Positions 15,972 to 25,709 of a stretch of DNA of 35,076 bases are shown one piece after another. The DNA comes from Candidatus Enterousia sp. Lineage in GTDB: Bacteria; Pseudomonadota; Alphaproteobacteria; Rs-D84. The DNA is taken from positions 1-35,076 of the forward strand of contig JAZQUA010000041.1 in the NCBI GenBank assembly GCA_045631065.1. Reading direction: 5' to 3'. Position 1 is the first letter of the stretch. Each line of letters starts with the position of its first letter. The notes under the pieces were generated by a model. It worked only from the letters and a program-made list of their open reading frames with translations, was not told where the DNA came from and did no database searches. The position numbers and the translations under genes were made by a program.

Positions 15972-18032
15972 ATGAAAAAAGAACTGTTCGATTTTTTAAA
16001 TACTGACCTGCAATTTATCAAGGGTGTCGGACCTGTATTGGCCGCACGTTTCGAAGAACTGCTGGGGGGGCGTCGTGTATTGGATTTCTTGTTACATCGG
16101 CCGTCTTATGTGCGTGCGCGTGGTGTATCTGAAAACATTCAAGAAATTGAACCTGGCACCAGCGTTACAATACCACTGTTAATCAAATCACACAAACGTG
16201 GTGGCACATTTGGGCGTGGGCGCAGACGTCCAACCCAGGTTATCTGTAACGATACAGTCGGAAATACCGTTGTGATTCAGTTCTTTAATTCCAGCTATCT
16301 GGATTACTGGTTAAAAAAATTACCTGTCGGACAATGGCGTATGATTTCTGGCAAACTGGAAAAAGGTGGATCGCGACCGACAATTAACCACCCTGACTTT
16401 ATCGAAGAAATGCAAAACGCATCCAAGATTCCGTCTATTCAGGCAATCTATCCTGCCAGCGAAGGTTTAACACAGAAAATCTTTGCCAAAGTACGCGACC
16501 AGATATTCAGCACCCTGCCCGATAAAATTCGTGGGAAATCAGACGACAGAATTGTCGAATTCTTTGATGCGTTACAGCATATACACTTTCCACAATCTGA
16601 TGACGATTTGGCACCAAACGCGACATATATGGCAAAACTGGCATATTGTGAATTGTTGGCGCACCAATCTGCAATTGTTATCAGTCGAAAAAACAGAATT
16701 GATGTACGCAATCATCGAACTGTACGACCACGCAAATATAACCTGATGGAAAAGTTCTGGGCAACAATGCCTTTTGAGCTGACAGGCGCACAAAAACGCA
16801 CATGCGATGAAATATTTGACGATATGCGCAAAGATATTCCAATGATGCGTCTGGTCCAAGGCGATGTTGGCAGTGGAAAAACAATTGTCGCAATGGCGGC
16901 TGCTGTCAATATGGCAGAAAGTGGCGCACAAACCGCGTTGTTGGCGCCAACAGATACACTGGCACAGCAACATTTTGCAAAACTAAAACCAATGTGCGAT
17001 AAAATAGGTATCGTATGCGAATGTCTGACAGGTCGTGACAAAGGCGTAACACGTCGTGAAAAACTGATATCACTGAAATCAGGACGTACAAAAATTGTTA
17101 TTGGAACACACGCACTATTTTCAAATGATGTCGAATACAAAGATTTAGGTTTAGTTATCATTGATGAACAACACAGATTTGGTGTTGCGCAACGTGAAAC
17201 ACTGCGACAAAAAGGAAACAACCCAGATTTATTAGCACTGTCTGCAACCCCAATTCCACGCACACTGTCAATGACAATATATGGCGATATGGATGTATCA
17301 ATAATTAATGAAAAACCTGCTGGGCGCAAACCGATTAAGACATCCAAGATTTCTGTCGCACGAATTACAGAATTGATTGACAGACTAAAATTACAAATTT
17401 CAAATGGCGCCAAAGTATTCTGGGTGTGTCCGTTGGTCGATGATACAGAAAACGATAATGTCGCTGCTGCTGCAATCGGTCGTCATGAAATGCTGGGGCA
17501 ATATTTGCCAAATTGTGGACTGGTTCATGGGCAGATGGACAAAAAAGAACGCGATGCTGTTATGGAAAGATTTGCAGATGATAATTCTGATATGAATCTG
17601 CTGGTTGCAACCACTGTAATAGAAGTGGGAATTGATGTTCCGCGCGCTTCTATTATCGTTATTGAAAACGCAGAACGCTTCGGACTGGCTGCTTTACACC
17701 AGCTGCGCGGGCGCGTTGGGCGCGGCAACACACAATCGTACTGTCTATTATTATTTGGACATAACGTCAGCGAAGACGGATTAAAACGACTGGACATCTT
17801 ATGTGAAACGGATGATGGATTTGTTATCGCAGAACAAGATTTGATGATGCGTGGCGCAGGGGTATTGTTGGGCACACAACAAAGCGGTTGGCTGCATTAT
17901 CATTTTGTGAATTATCGCGAACACAGAGATTTATTCAAGCTGGCATCAAGGGCTGCACGCGATAATGATATGGACAGCTGGACAAATGATTTAATGTTTA
18001 TATTTAATCGTGGGGTGGTTCTGGGTGCGTAA
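15972..18032 (+). CDS. recG: ATP-dependent DNA helicase RecG
   Basis: MRLVQGDVGSGKT, DEQHRFGV, SATPIPRTL, TTVIEVGIDVP, AERFGLAALHQLRGRVGRG, DGFVIAEQDL. Confidence 0.97.
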   Translation: MKKELFDFLNTDLQFIKGVGPVLAARFEELLGGRRVLDFLLHRPSYVRARGVSENIQEIEPGTSVTIPLLIKSHKRGGTFGRGRRRPTQVICNDTVGNTVVIQFFNSSYLDYWLKKLPVGQWRMISGKLEKGGSRPTINHPDFIEEMQNASKIPSIQAIYPASEGLTQKIFAKVRDQIFSTLPDKIRGKSDDRIVEFFDALQHIHFPQSDDDLAPNATYMAKLAYCELLAHQSAIVISRKNRIDVRNHRTVRPRKYNLMEKFWATMPFELTGAQKRTCDEIFDDMRKDIPMMRLVQGDVGSGKTIVAMAAAVNMAESGAQTALLAPTDTLAQQHFAKLKPMCDKIGIVCECLTGRDKGVTRREKLISLKSGRTKIVIGTHALFSNDVEYKDLGLVIIDEQHRFGVAQRETLRQKGNNPDLLALSATPIPRTLSMTIYGDMDVSIINEKPAGRKPIKTSKISVARITELIDRLKLQISNGAKVFWVCPLVDDTENDNVAAAAIGRHEMLGQYLPNCGLVHGQMDKKERDAVMERFADDNSDMNLLVATTVIEVGIDVPRASIIVIENAERFGLAALHQLRGRVGRGNTQSYCLLLFGHNVSEDGLKRLDILCETDDGFVIAEQDLMMRGAGVLLGTQQSGWLHYHFVNYREHRDLFKLASRAARDNDMDSWTNDLMFIFNRGVVLGA

Positions 18033-19329
18033 ATTTGTTGCATTTTTACTGGCTGTATTTGTTGCGATGCCTGCATCGTATGGCGCATCGCAAATCAATG
18101 ATACAGAAACAGAAAATTTGTTAACAGAACTGATTCTGCCATTGGCAACCGCTGCAAACATCCCAGAAAATAGACTGAAAATACATATAATTGATGATAA
18201 TGATTTTAATGCGTTTGTATCTGGTGGCGAAGATGTCTATGTTTATACAGGACTGTTAAAACAGATAAAAAATCCATCTGCCTTGCAGGCGGTAATCGCG
18301 CATGAAATGGGACATATGATAGGTGGTCATATGACCCAGATGACAGACCGTATGTCCGCAGAAATGAAGCGAACAATGCTGATTCAGGCATTGGGGGTCG
18401 GATTAATGGTGGCCGGCGGGAACCCATCGCTGGGGACTGGGGTTTTGGCAGGATCTTCGGGTGTTGCCCAGCAATCAATGTTGGCGTTTACGCGTGACGA
18501 AGAAAGAATCGCAGACAGACTGGGACTGAATTTAATTATTAACGCAAAACAAAATCCAAATGGTTTCATAACTGTATTTGAACAAATGCAAGATTTAACC
18601 GGTGTTATGGAATCAAAAATAAACCCAAATCGTATTAATCATCCTTTGACCACAGAACGATTAAATAACATAAAATCACAAATTGCCCAGCAAGATGTAA
18701 AATATGACATATCTGATAATATTGCAACCAGCAAATCTGATGAATACGAACTTGTACGGGCAAAACTGATAGGATATTTAGATTCTGCAAAATATGTATT
18801 AGAAAGATATCCTTATTCAGACAAATCAGATGCAGCACTGTATGCCCGCGCAATTGCAAATATGCGTGCTGGTAATCTGGATGGTGCAAAAATGGGGACA
18901 CAGACATTGATTTCCAGGAATCCAGATAATCCATACTATTATGAATTACTGGGAGATATCGAATATCAATTTGGGCATTATGACGACAGTGTACGCGCAT
19001 ATGAACAGGCATTAAAACTAAAAAAAGATGCACCACAAATTCAAACTGCATTGGCATTGGTGTTAACAGAACGCAAAAAAACAAATGATGCACAATATGC
19101 TATTGAACTGTGCAAGACATCATTATTATCAGAACCAACACCATTTACATACTGGGTCTTGGCGCGTGCATATGGGGATGATGATGCCGGGCGCAGTGCG
19201 TGGGCCATGGCTGAATATTACAATATGATTGGCAAGGATAAGGATGCCAAGAAATATGCAAAAACGGCACAAAAACATCTGAAAAAAACCGACCCCGAAT
19301 ACATCAAGGCCAGCGATTTGATAAACTAA
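18025..19329 (+). CDS. M48 family metalloprotease with TPR repeats (BepA/YfgC-like)
   Basis: Signal peptide, FNAF, AVIAHEMGH, FTRDEERIAD, NHP, C-terminal TPRs; GTG 18025 overlaps the recG stop. Confidence 0.88.
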   Translation: MRKFVAFLLAVFVAMPASYGASQINDTETENLLTELILPLATAANIPENRLKIHIIDDNDFNAFVSGGEDVYVYTGLLKQIKNPSALQAVIAHEMGHMIGGHMTQMTDRMSAEMKRTMLIQALGVGLMVAGGNPSLGTGVLAGSSGVAQQSMLAFTRDEERIADRLGLNLIINAKQNPNGFITVFEQMQDLTGVMESKINPNRINHPLTTERLNNIKSQIAQQDVKYDISDNIATSKSDEYELVRAKLIGYLDSAKYVLERYPYSDKSDAALYARAIANMRAGNLDGAKMGTQTLISRNPDNPYYYELLGDIEYQFGHYDDSVRAYEQALKLKKDAPQIQTALALVLTERKKTNDAQYAIELCKTSLLSEPTPFTYWVLARAYGDDDAGRSAWAMAEYYNMIGKDKDAKKYAKTAQKHLKKTDPEYIKASDLIN

Positions 19330-19466
19330 ACTTATCTTTTATTGACTAATTTAAGATTTTTTACTTGCAAAACATCTATTATGTTCAATTCTTTTCGCAT
19401 TGTTTTGCAACCCATTCTTGCCAACTGACGTTCCGAACCTGCGGTTCCCTTAGCATAAATGCCTGC

Positions 19467-19519
19467 GGGGCATTCCTGACAATTCGCCCGTGCTTCGCTT
19501 GGCTCATTTACTCATTGTC
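19467..19519. repeat. 53-bp dispersed structured repeat, copy B (downstream of tRNA-His)
   Basis: 47/53 identical to 9624-9676. Confidence 0.88.
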
Positions 19520-19540
19520 TCGCCCGAACCGCCCGGACAC

Positions 19541-19575
19541 CATAAAAAAACACCCCGTTGGGGTGCTTTTTTATG
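19541..19575 (-). terminator. Terminator after the tRNA-Ala/tRNA-His pair
   Basis: CATAAAAAAACACCCC-GTT-GGGGTGCTTTTTTATG. Confidence 0.8.
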
Positions 19576-19576
19576 A

Positions 19577-19654
19577 TGGGGCGGATAACCGGACTCGAAC
19601 CGGCGACATTTGGTACCACAAACCAACGCTCTAACCAACTGAGCTATATCCGCC
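19577..19654 (-). tRNA. tRNA-His(GTG)
   Basis: (G)GCGGATATAGCTCAGTTGGTTAGAGCGTTGGTTTGTGGTACCAAATGTCGCCGGTTCGAGTCCGGTTATCCGCCCCA; G-1:C73 present, encoded CCA. Confidence 0.96.
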
Positions 19655-19702
19655 ATACTGTGGGTCATACGACCATTAAACTTGCACAGCCGAAATTAAA
19701 AT

Positions 19703-19778
19703 TGGTGGAGCTGATCGGACTCGAACCGACGACCCCTTGCATGCCATGCAAGTGCTCTACCAACTGAGCTACAACCCC
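19703..19778 (-). tRNA. tRNA-Ala(GGC)
   Basis: GGGGTTGTAGCTCAGTTGGTAGAGCACTTGCATGGCATGCAAGGGGTCGTCGGTTCGAGTCCGATCAGCTCCACCA; G3:U70 identity pair. Confidence 0.97.
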
Positions 19779-19860
19779 GGTGTGCTGACATATTTTATAT
19801 TTCTTCTTGCCAAATGTCAAATATATTTGCTAATCTTTTTATATATTTAAGGAGATATAC

Positions 19861-20421
19861 ATGGATTATCAATTATTAAAATCAGAAGTTGAACAAAAAA
19901 CCGCACAAACACTGGAGGTTTTAAAGGGTGAATACGCAGGTCTGCGTACTGGTCGTGCATCTGTACATTTATTGGACGCTGTTCGTGTGCCGGTTTATGG
20001 TTCTGAAATGCCAATTAATCAGGTTGCAACCGTATCAACACCTGATAACCAGACATTATCTGTAACTGTTTGGGATATTACAAATGCACCTGCAGTTGAA
20101 AAGGCGATTCGTGATTCTGGGTTGGGATTAAATCCAATGACTGCTGGCGGTGTTATTCGTTTGAATATGCCACCATTGACCGAAGAAAGACGTCGTGAAT
20201 TAACCAAGGTTGCTGGCAAATATGCAGAAGAAGCCAAAATTTCAATGCGTAATATTCGTCAGGATGCTATGGGTAAAATTAAACGCGCTGTTACAGATAA
20301 AGAAATTTCCGAAGACGATCAACGCAAATTCGAAGATGATTTGCAAAAAGTATTTGATAAACGTGGCACCGAAGTAGATGCGTTGGCACGCGAAAAAGAA
20401 GCAGATATTATGTCCGTCTAA
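19861..20421 (+). CDS. frr: Ribosome recycling factor
   Basis: LRTGRAS, VYGSEMPINQVA, LGLNP, PPLTEERRREL, RNIRQD; RBS AAGGAG. Confidence 0.97.
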   Translation: MDYQLLKSEVEQKTAQTLEVLKGEYAGLRTGRASVHLLDAVRVPVYGSEMPINQVATVSTPDNQTLSVTVWDITNAPAVEKAIRDSGLGLNPMTAGGVIRLNMPPLTEERRRELTKVAGKYAEEAKISMRNIRQDAMGKIKRAVTDKEISEDDQRKFEDDLQKVFDKRGTEVDALAREKEADIMSV

Positions 20422-20444
20422 TCAGGAAATTCAGGGAAAAACAT

Positions 20445-21203
20445 ATGTTTAAACTGTTCAAAAAGAAACAAACTGTTGAAAATACAACCGCCAAGGTACC
20501 ACAACACATCGCGTTTATATGTGATGGAAATCGCAGATGGGCAGAACAACGTGGCCTGCCACCGTTGATGGGGCATCAGGCAGGTATTGCAAACTTTGAA
20601 ACTCTGGTTGATTGGTATATGAAACGCGGTGTTTCAACTATTACGTTCTATATATTTTCAACTGAAAATTGGACACGATCAAAAGATGAAGTGAATTTCT
20701 TGATGGATTTATTCTATACAGAAATGAAAAAGAATCTGAAAAATGCGTTGGAAAAAAATCTGCGCTATCGTGTTATCGGTTCTCGTGATAAATTGCCAAA
20801 AAAACTGGCAAATATGTGCGACAAACTGGAAGAACAATCTGCTGAAAACACTGGTGGAACAGTTGTGTTTGCACTGAACTATGGCGGACAAGATGAAATT
20901 GTTAATGCTGTTAATGCTGCGATTGAAAATGGCGAAGCTGTCACACGCGAAACATTCGAAACATATCTGGATACTGGTGATTTATTGCCAATTGATTTGA
21001 TGGTTCGCACCAGCAACGAACATCGTATTTCAAATTTCTTGTTGTGGAAATTAGCATATGCAGAGTTGCTGTTTATTCCAGAACACTGGCCTGAACTGGT
21101 AAAAAGTGAAAAATTGTGGCAATTTACACTGGATGAATTTGCAAAACGCAATCGCAGATTTGGCGGTGGGAAAAAGGCAAATTATTCCGGCAAAAAGAAA
21201 TAA
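20445..21203 (+). CDS. uppS: Undecaprenyl diphosphate synthase
   Basis: PQHIAFICDGNRRWA, FSTENW, ALNYGG, RTSNEHRISNFLLW, RRFGG. Confidence 0.96.
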   Translation: MFKLFKKKQTVENTTAKVPQHIAFICDGNRRWAEQRGLPPLMGHQAGIANFETLVDWYMKRGVSTITFYIFSTENWTRSKDEVNFLMDLFYTEMKKNLKNALEKNLRYRVIGSRDKLPKKLANMCDKLEEQSAENTGGTVVFALNYGGQDEIVNAVNAAIENGEAVTRETFETYLDTGDLLPIDLMVRTSNEHRISNFLLWKLAYAELLFIPEHWPELVKSEKLWQFTLDEFAKRNRRFGGGKKANYSGKKK

Positions 21204-21229
21204 AAAAACATAAAAAGAAAGGAAAGATT

Positions 21230-21874
21230 ATGTCAAATACAAAACTTCGTATTATTGCAGCGTTGATTATGTCGTTGGTTGCATGTGGTGCTGGGGTATT
21301 GCAATATTTTGGTGTACCTGCGGTAAAATACCTTGGGATTATTATCGTATTGGCAATGATTGTTGAATATGTTATGTGTATTCGCAAAACAGATACAAAA
21401 ACTTTGCGCGAAAATTGGCTGACATTTTTTGGTTTCTTGGTGCTGCTGTGCGCGATGTTGCCTGCGATTAACGCAGTTGGCAGCCGCCCATGGATTATAC
21501 TGTTGTTACTGATGATTATTTGTGCAGCAGATATTGGCGCGTGGTTCTTTGGTCGATTGATTGGTGGGGATAAAATGTGGGAAAGGTTATCTGCTGGAAA
21601 AACTTGGTCTGGCCAAATTGCGGGAATTTTATGCGGTACATTTGCCGGTATTTTGTACGGTTTGTTGGGCACAGATACATTTATGCCACAGTTAATGTGG
21701 ATTGGTATCAGTGTTGCACTGATGTCCCAGTACGGTGATTTAACTGCCAGCTTTATCAAACGCAAAATGGGCATCAAAGATTTTGGGGCAATTCTGCCAG
21801 GGCATGGTGGAATCTTGGACAGATTTGATGGTTGGATTTATGCACTGCCAATTGTTTGGTTGGTTATGTTGTGA
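21230..21874 (+). CDS. cdsA: Phosphatidate cytidylyltransferase
   Basis: DIGAWFFGR, SAGKTWSG, GDLTASFIKRKMGIKDFGAILPGHGGILDRFD. Confidence 0.94.
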   Translation: MSNTKLRIIAALIMSLVACGAGVLQYFGVPAVKYLGIIIVLAMIVEYVMCIRKTDTKTLRENWLTFFGFLVLLCAMLPAINAVGSRPWIILLLLMIICAADIGAWFFGRLIGGDKMWERLSAGKTWSGQIAGILCGTFAGILYGLLGTDTFMPQLMWIGISVALMSQYGDLTASFIKRKMGIKDFGAILPGHGGILDRFDGWIYALPIVWLVML

Positions 21875-21905
21875 TTCTGATTAAACAGGTAAAGGAAAAG
21901 TACAC

Positions 21906-22970
21906 ATGAATATTTTATTAGCTGTTGTTGCATTGTTGGTTGTTCTGGGAATTGTTGTGTTCGTGCATGAACTGGGACATTTTTTGGCGGCACGTTGGGC
22001 GGGGGTTCGTGTGGATACTTTTTCCATTGGATTTGGCCCTGCAATTGTAAAGTGGCACGACAAACGTGGCACATTATGGAAGATAGCATGTCTGCCATTG
22101 GGCGGTTATGTATCTATCTATGGCCAAGAAGATATGTTCAATCGCAAAAAGTTTGCAGAACTGCCAGCCGATAAAAAGAAAGGGCATTATTTATCTGCGC
22201 CTGCGTGGAAACAGTTTATTATTATTGGCGCCGGGGTATTTATGAACTTTATTCTGGCATGGATAATATATACATCATTGTTTATGTTTCAGCCACGTTT
22301 GGTTGGAAATTCACAATTACCTGTCATCGGTCAAGTTATCCAAGAATCTGTTGCATTTAATGCGGGTGTTCGTGCAGGCGACACAATCGTCAGAATTGAT
22401 GACGAAAAAATATCAAACTGGGGCGATTTGGTTCTGGCCAAAGAACTGGCATCAAATCGTGATGCAAATGTTGTGATTGTTCGCGGTGAAAAACTGGTAA
22501 ACATCAAATTAGCACCTGCTGAAACATGGGGTATGATTGCAGATGGCAGCAGACGCGCCGACCCACAACGTCAAAATTTATTACGCGCAATGTACAGCGG
22601 TGCACGTAAGACATATTACGAATCCAAGACTTTATTGGTTGTATTAAAACAAATTATCACAGGTGAACGTTCATCAAAACAACTGGGGTCATTTATTACA
22701 ATCGCACAGTATTCTGGTGCAGCGATGGCGGCTGGATTCTTTACCCTGCTTAGCTTGATTGCTTTATTGTCTGTAAATCTTGGTGTATTGAACTTGTTAC
22801 CATTGCCTGTGCTGGACGGTGGTTATTTATTAATCTTGATTATAGAAGCAATTACCCGTCGTAAATTACAGGGTCGCGGTATGGAAATCGCAATTATGAT
22901 TGGTTGGTTGTTAATACTGGGATTATTTGTTTTAACAATGTGGAATGATTTGGCACGTGTATTTGGATAA
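21906..22970 (+). CDS. rseP: Site-2 protease RseP (M50)
   Basis: HELGH, FSIGFG, PLGGYV, PDZ domain, NLLPLPVLDGG. Confidence 0.95.
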   Translation: MNILLAVVALLVVLGIVVFVHELGHFLAARWAGVRVDTFSIGFGPAIVKWHDKRGTLWKIACLPLGGYVSIYGQEDMFNRKKFAELPADKKKGHYLSAPAWKQFIIIGAGVFMNFILAWIIYTSLFMFQPRLVGNSQLPVIGQVIQESVAFNAGVRAGDTIVRIDDEKISNWGDLVLAKELASNRDANVVIVRGEKLVNIKLAPAETWGMIADGSRRADPQRQNLLRAMYSGARKTYYESKTLLVVLKQIITGERSSKQLGSFITIAQYSGAAMAAGFFTLLSLIALLSVNLGVLNLLPLPVLDGGYLLILIIEAITRRKLQGRGMEIAIMIGWLLILGLFVLTMWNDLARVFG

Positions 22971-22985
22971 ACAAAGGAGAATTCT

Positions 22986-23207
22986 ATGAAATTTGTACAA
23001 GGTGTCACAGGAGATTCTATTATACATACTTTGACCAGGGCGTGTCATATTGCAAATCACGAACGTGATACGGTGTTGTTGGAAATAAACGATGTAATAA
23101 TATATGTGGACAAAGAAATTAGTCTGAATAATCTGTACAAAAAATATCTACAAAAATTAGATTTTAAATTTGAAATTCAAAAGTTGAAACAAGCAAGACA
23201 AAAATGA
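22986..23207 (+). CDS. Small hypothetical protein
   Basis: RBS AAGGAG; stop overlaps the bamA start (ATGA); 73 aa. Confidence 0.7.
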   Translation: MKFVQGVTGDSIIHTLTRACHIANHERDTVLLEINDVIIYVDKEISLNNLYKKYLQKLDFKFEIQKLKQARQK

Positions 23208-25483
23208 AAAACATTTCAATATTTACAATTTTATCAGTATTTGTAACATTACCATCTGTTGCGGCGACTGTTTCGCGCATCGATGTTGTTGGGAATCAGC
23301 GTATGGATGCAGAATCAGTACGTATCTTGGCAGAGGTAAAAGTTGGCGATAATGTTGGCGATGCCCGCAGTAATGAAATTGCCAAAAAGTTGGAACAAAG
23401 CGGTTATTTTTCACGCATCAGTGTAAATATGGATGGTAACACACTGAAAATAAATGTTACAGAATCACCAACTGTTAATATGGTTACGGTCGAAGGTAAT
23501 AGTGAGATTTCTACTGATGATTTAAAAAAAGAAATCAAAACCAAAGAACGTACTTCGTATGATGAAAGTGTAATTGGCGCAGATGTGCAACGATTGTTGA
23601 CATTATATCAACGCAAGGGATTCTTTGGCACAAAAATTGAACCACAACGAATTAATTTGGCAGACAATCGTGTTAATGTCGTGTACGAAATTACCGAAGG
23701 TCACCCAACATGGATTTCTGATATCAAATTCGAAGGCAACAAGAAATTTAGTGACCAGACATTACGTGGTGAAATATTATCACGCGAACACGCATGGTGG
23801 CGTTTTATGACCCAGTTCGATACATTTGACGAAGATAGAATTCAATATGACGGTCAAATGTTGCGTCAATTCTATTTGCAAAATGGATATGCTGATTTTA
23901 ATGTAAAAAATATCAGCGGCAAATTCACACCAGACCGCGAATATTATTCTGTTGTGTTCACTGTCGATGAAGGTGCAAAATATAATTTTGGCACGCTTTC
24001 CATTGATAACCCGTTTGATGATGTACCAACAGATGTTTTAAATGATGTTATCGTCATGAAATCTGGTGACACATATAATGTGGACTTGGTTGAAAAAACA
24101 ATGTCCGCCTTGCGCAGCGCTGTTGCTGAATATGGATATGCATTTATTAACGTTGAACCAATTCCAACCAAGAACGATGACGATAAAACGATTGATATGA
24201 AATTTAAAATTCAAAAAACAAATCGTATTTATCTGAATACTATTAATATCTTGGGGAACGTTCGCACATTTGACAGTGTAATAGAACAACTGATTCCAAT
24301 GCGTTCAGGCGATCCTTTTTCATTACAAACAATCGAAGAAGGTCGTCAAAAACTGATGCGCACCAGATATTTCAAAGATGTGCAAATGGTCCCAACGCGC
24401 GTTGCAGAATCAAATATGATGAATCTGGATATCAAGGTTGAAGAACAACCAACAGGTGAATTATCTGGTGGTTTTGGTTGGTCAAATATCAACGGATTTA
24501 TGGTTGATGCGGGTATCACAGAAAACAACTTTATGGGCCGCGGTCAGGTTGTACAAATTCGTGGTTCTATCGCAGAATATCAAAAGCAAGCATTGTTCAG
24601 CTTTACAGAACCGTATCTGTTTGGTCGTCAATTGTCTGGTGGATTTGATGTGTCATATACAATGTATGATTATTCATCATTGGGCAGTTTTGGTTACGAC
24701 CGCGATTCTTTTAGTGTATCTGGCCGTATGGGGTGGCGATTAACAGATCATTGGACACAAAATCTGCGATTGTCTGCAACATTTGACCAAAACTATGATT
24801 TACAGGCAACAGGCGGATGGCAAAAGGCAAACCTGTACACATTATCGACCAATTTCAGATATCATAACTTGGATACTAATTTTGAACAAAACACACATAC
24901 AGGTGTTGTGGCAAACCTGGGGTTGGCATATACTGGTTTTGGTGGCACAGAAAGCTATATGCGATACAGTGGTGATATTATTGGTATGGTAAATTTCTGG
25001 GGTGACAAATGGCAGTTGCGTTCATCATTGAACTTTGGTTATTTACAACCGCTGGATGGCGATTACATTTCACGTGTTTATCGTTATTTCTTGGGCGGTG
25101 AATCATTGCGTGGATTTGATGTTGCGGGTGTCGGTTCTCGCAACTGGGCGTTTACAACATATGCACTGGGCGGATTGTGGAAGGTTAATGGGTCAACCCA
25201 GTTGAATTTCCCAATCTTTATCCCTGATGAATATCAAATAAAGGGATTTGTATTTGCAGACTATGGTGTATTGGGTAAACCACCAGCAAGTGAAGATACA
25301 TTTACATATATGGGATATACAAAAGAAAACTATATTGATGATACAATCAGAACATCTGTGGGTGTGGGTATTTACTGGAACACACCGATGGGGCCAATGA
25401 ACTTTTCATGGGGTTGGCCATTAAAGATGACAGATTATGACCGCGAACAAAGATTTTTACTGTCGTTTGAAACACAGTTTTAG
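23204..25483 (+). CDS. bamA: Outer membrane protein assembly factor BamA
   Basis: POTRA repeats (GNQR, GNKKFSD, GNVRT), ENNFMGRGQ, SFTEPY, LRGF, WNTPMGP, C-terminal F. Confidence 0.96.
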   Translation: MKNISIFTILSVFVTLPSVAATVSRIDVVGNQRMDAESVRILAEVKVGDNVGDARSNEIAKKLEQSGYFSRISVNMDGNTLKINVTESPTVNMVTVEGNSEISTDDLKKEIKTKERTSYDESVIGADVQRLLTLYQRKGFFGTKIEPQRINLADNRVNVVYEITEGHPTWISDIKFEGNKKFSDQTLRGEILSREHAWWRFMTQFDTFDEDRIQYDGQMLRQFYLQNGYADFNVKNISGKFTPDREYYSVVFTVDEGAKYNFGTLSIDNPFDDVPTDVLNDVIVMKSGDTYNVDLVEKTMSALRSAVAEYGYAFINVEPIPTKNDDDKTIDMKFKIQKTNRIYLNTINILGNVRTFDSVIEQLIPMRSGDPFSLQTIEEGRQKLMRTRYFKDVQMVPTRVAESNMMNLDIKVEEQPTGELSGGFGWSNINGFMVDAGITENNFMGRGQVVQIRGSIAEYQKQALFSFTEPYLFGRQLSGGFDVSYTMYDYSSLGSFGYDRDSFSVSGRMGWRLTDHWTQNLRLSATFDQNYDLQATGGWQKANLYTLSTNFRYHNLDTNFEQNTHTGVVANLGLAYTGFGGTESYMRYSGDIIGMVNFWGDKWQLRSSLNFGYLQPLDGDYISRVYRYFLGGESLRGFDVAGVGSRNWAFTTYALGGLWKVNGSTQLNFPIFIPDEYQIKGFVFADYGVLGKPPASEDTFTYMGYTKENYIDDTIRTSVGVGIYWNTPMGPMNFSWGWPLKMTDYDREQRFLLSFETQF

Positions 25484-25485
25484 TC

Positions 25486-25515
25486 TTGACGGTCGATATA
25501 GATTTTTCTTATAAT
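25486..25515 (+). promoter_or_regulatory. Sigma70-like promoter for the lipoprotein/VirB8-like cassette
   Basis: TTGACG-18-TATAAT immediately after the bamA stop. Confidence 0.6.
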
Positions 25516-25538
25516 CAAAGAAAGGTAAGGAGTGGCAA

Positions 25539-25685
25539 ATGAAAAAATTTATATTGGGATTCTTTGTTGCACTGTGTTTGGCCGGCTGTGGTCAGGTTTA
25601 TGATCGCGAACCTGTTGGTGTTGGTTACGATAATAACGAACTGAAGCTTAGTCCATGTGCATGCATTATGGTATATCAGGCATAA
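25539..25685 (+). CDS. Small lipoprotein (48 aa), VirB7-like candidate
   Basis: Not in ORF track; RBS AAGGAG; MKKFILGFFVALCLAG-CGQVYDREPVGVGYDNNELKLSPCACIMVYQA with lipobox LAGC. Confidence 0.8.
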   Translation: MKKFILGFFVALCLAGCGQVYDREPVGVGYDNNELKLSPCACIMVYQA

Positions 25686-25709
25686 ATCTGATATATATGG
25701 GGGGATTTT

